A DNA stretch of 63,748 nucleotides, the filler included, from Octopus bimaculoides (lineage: Eukaryota), in assembly GCF_001194135.2 (NCBI RefSeq). It is 4 parts of 4 records of this genome, joined end to end, with 100 filler letters (N's around TTAATTAATTAA, not from the genome) between each part and the next. Parts side by side here need not be neighbours in the genome. Positions count along the whole stretch, not along the records: positions 32,149 to 63,748 come from NC_068982.1; 3 more parts are not named here. One strand, given 5' to 3'. A model generated the notes under the pieces. The model was given only the letters and a program-made list of their open reading frames with translations, made no database searches and was not told the origin of the DNA. Positions 63,723 through 63,748 of this stretch are shown here, piece by piece. Within the stretch, counting starts at the first letter, position 1; the number at the start of each line of letters is the position of its first letter. The position numbers and the translations under genes were made by a program.

Positions 63723-63748
63723 CCCTAACCCTAAGGTTAGGGTTAGGG
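63723..63748. repeat. (CCCTAA)2-GG-(TTAGGG)2 telomere-type repeat at the window end
   Basis: Directly visible. Confidence 0.8.

Overview
AT-rich eukaryotic DNA dominated by microsatellites and transposon debris, with about 15 N-gaps. The SINE families and RTE tail resemble octopus repeats as I recall them, so the organism (coleoid cephalopod, probably Octopus) is an inference. No intact protein-coding gene is evident, and nearly all long ORFs in the track are microsatellite or N-gap artefacts. Supported mobile elements: a full-length but pseudogenised D,D34D mariner (27387-28647), an inverted pair of mariner 5' halves (62628-63425), Tc1/hAT/piggyBac-type MITEs with matching TIRs and target-site duplications, RTE, CR1-like, R4/Dong-like and Penelope-like retroelement fragments, and at least three tRNA-derived SINE families. 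The strongest unexplained signal is a set of type I hammerhead-ribozyme motifs. Two have complete catalytic cores on the minus strand (6452-6549 and 17193-17270). They are unrelated in sequence but share one architecture: U.U at 10.1/11.1, an enlarged stem II, an 8-nt palindromic stem III and a GUA cleavage site. The second sits inside a perfect 60-bp inverted repeat. Several decayed copies also occur. Other points of interest are R4/Dong copies embedded in (TAA)n, a 239-bp fold-back, a duplicated 100-bp tRNA-like module, concentric inverted SINE pairs and a weak candidate plus-strand exon chain. Three 44N-TTAATTAATTAA-44N linkers are artificial joins, so adjacency across them is not secure.
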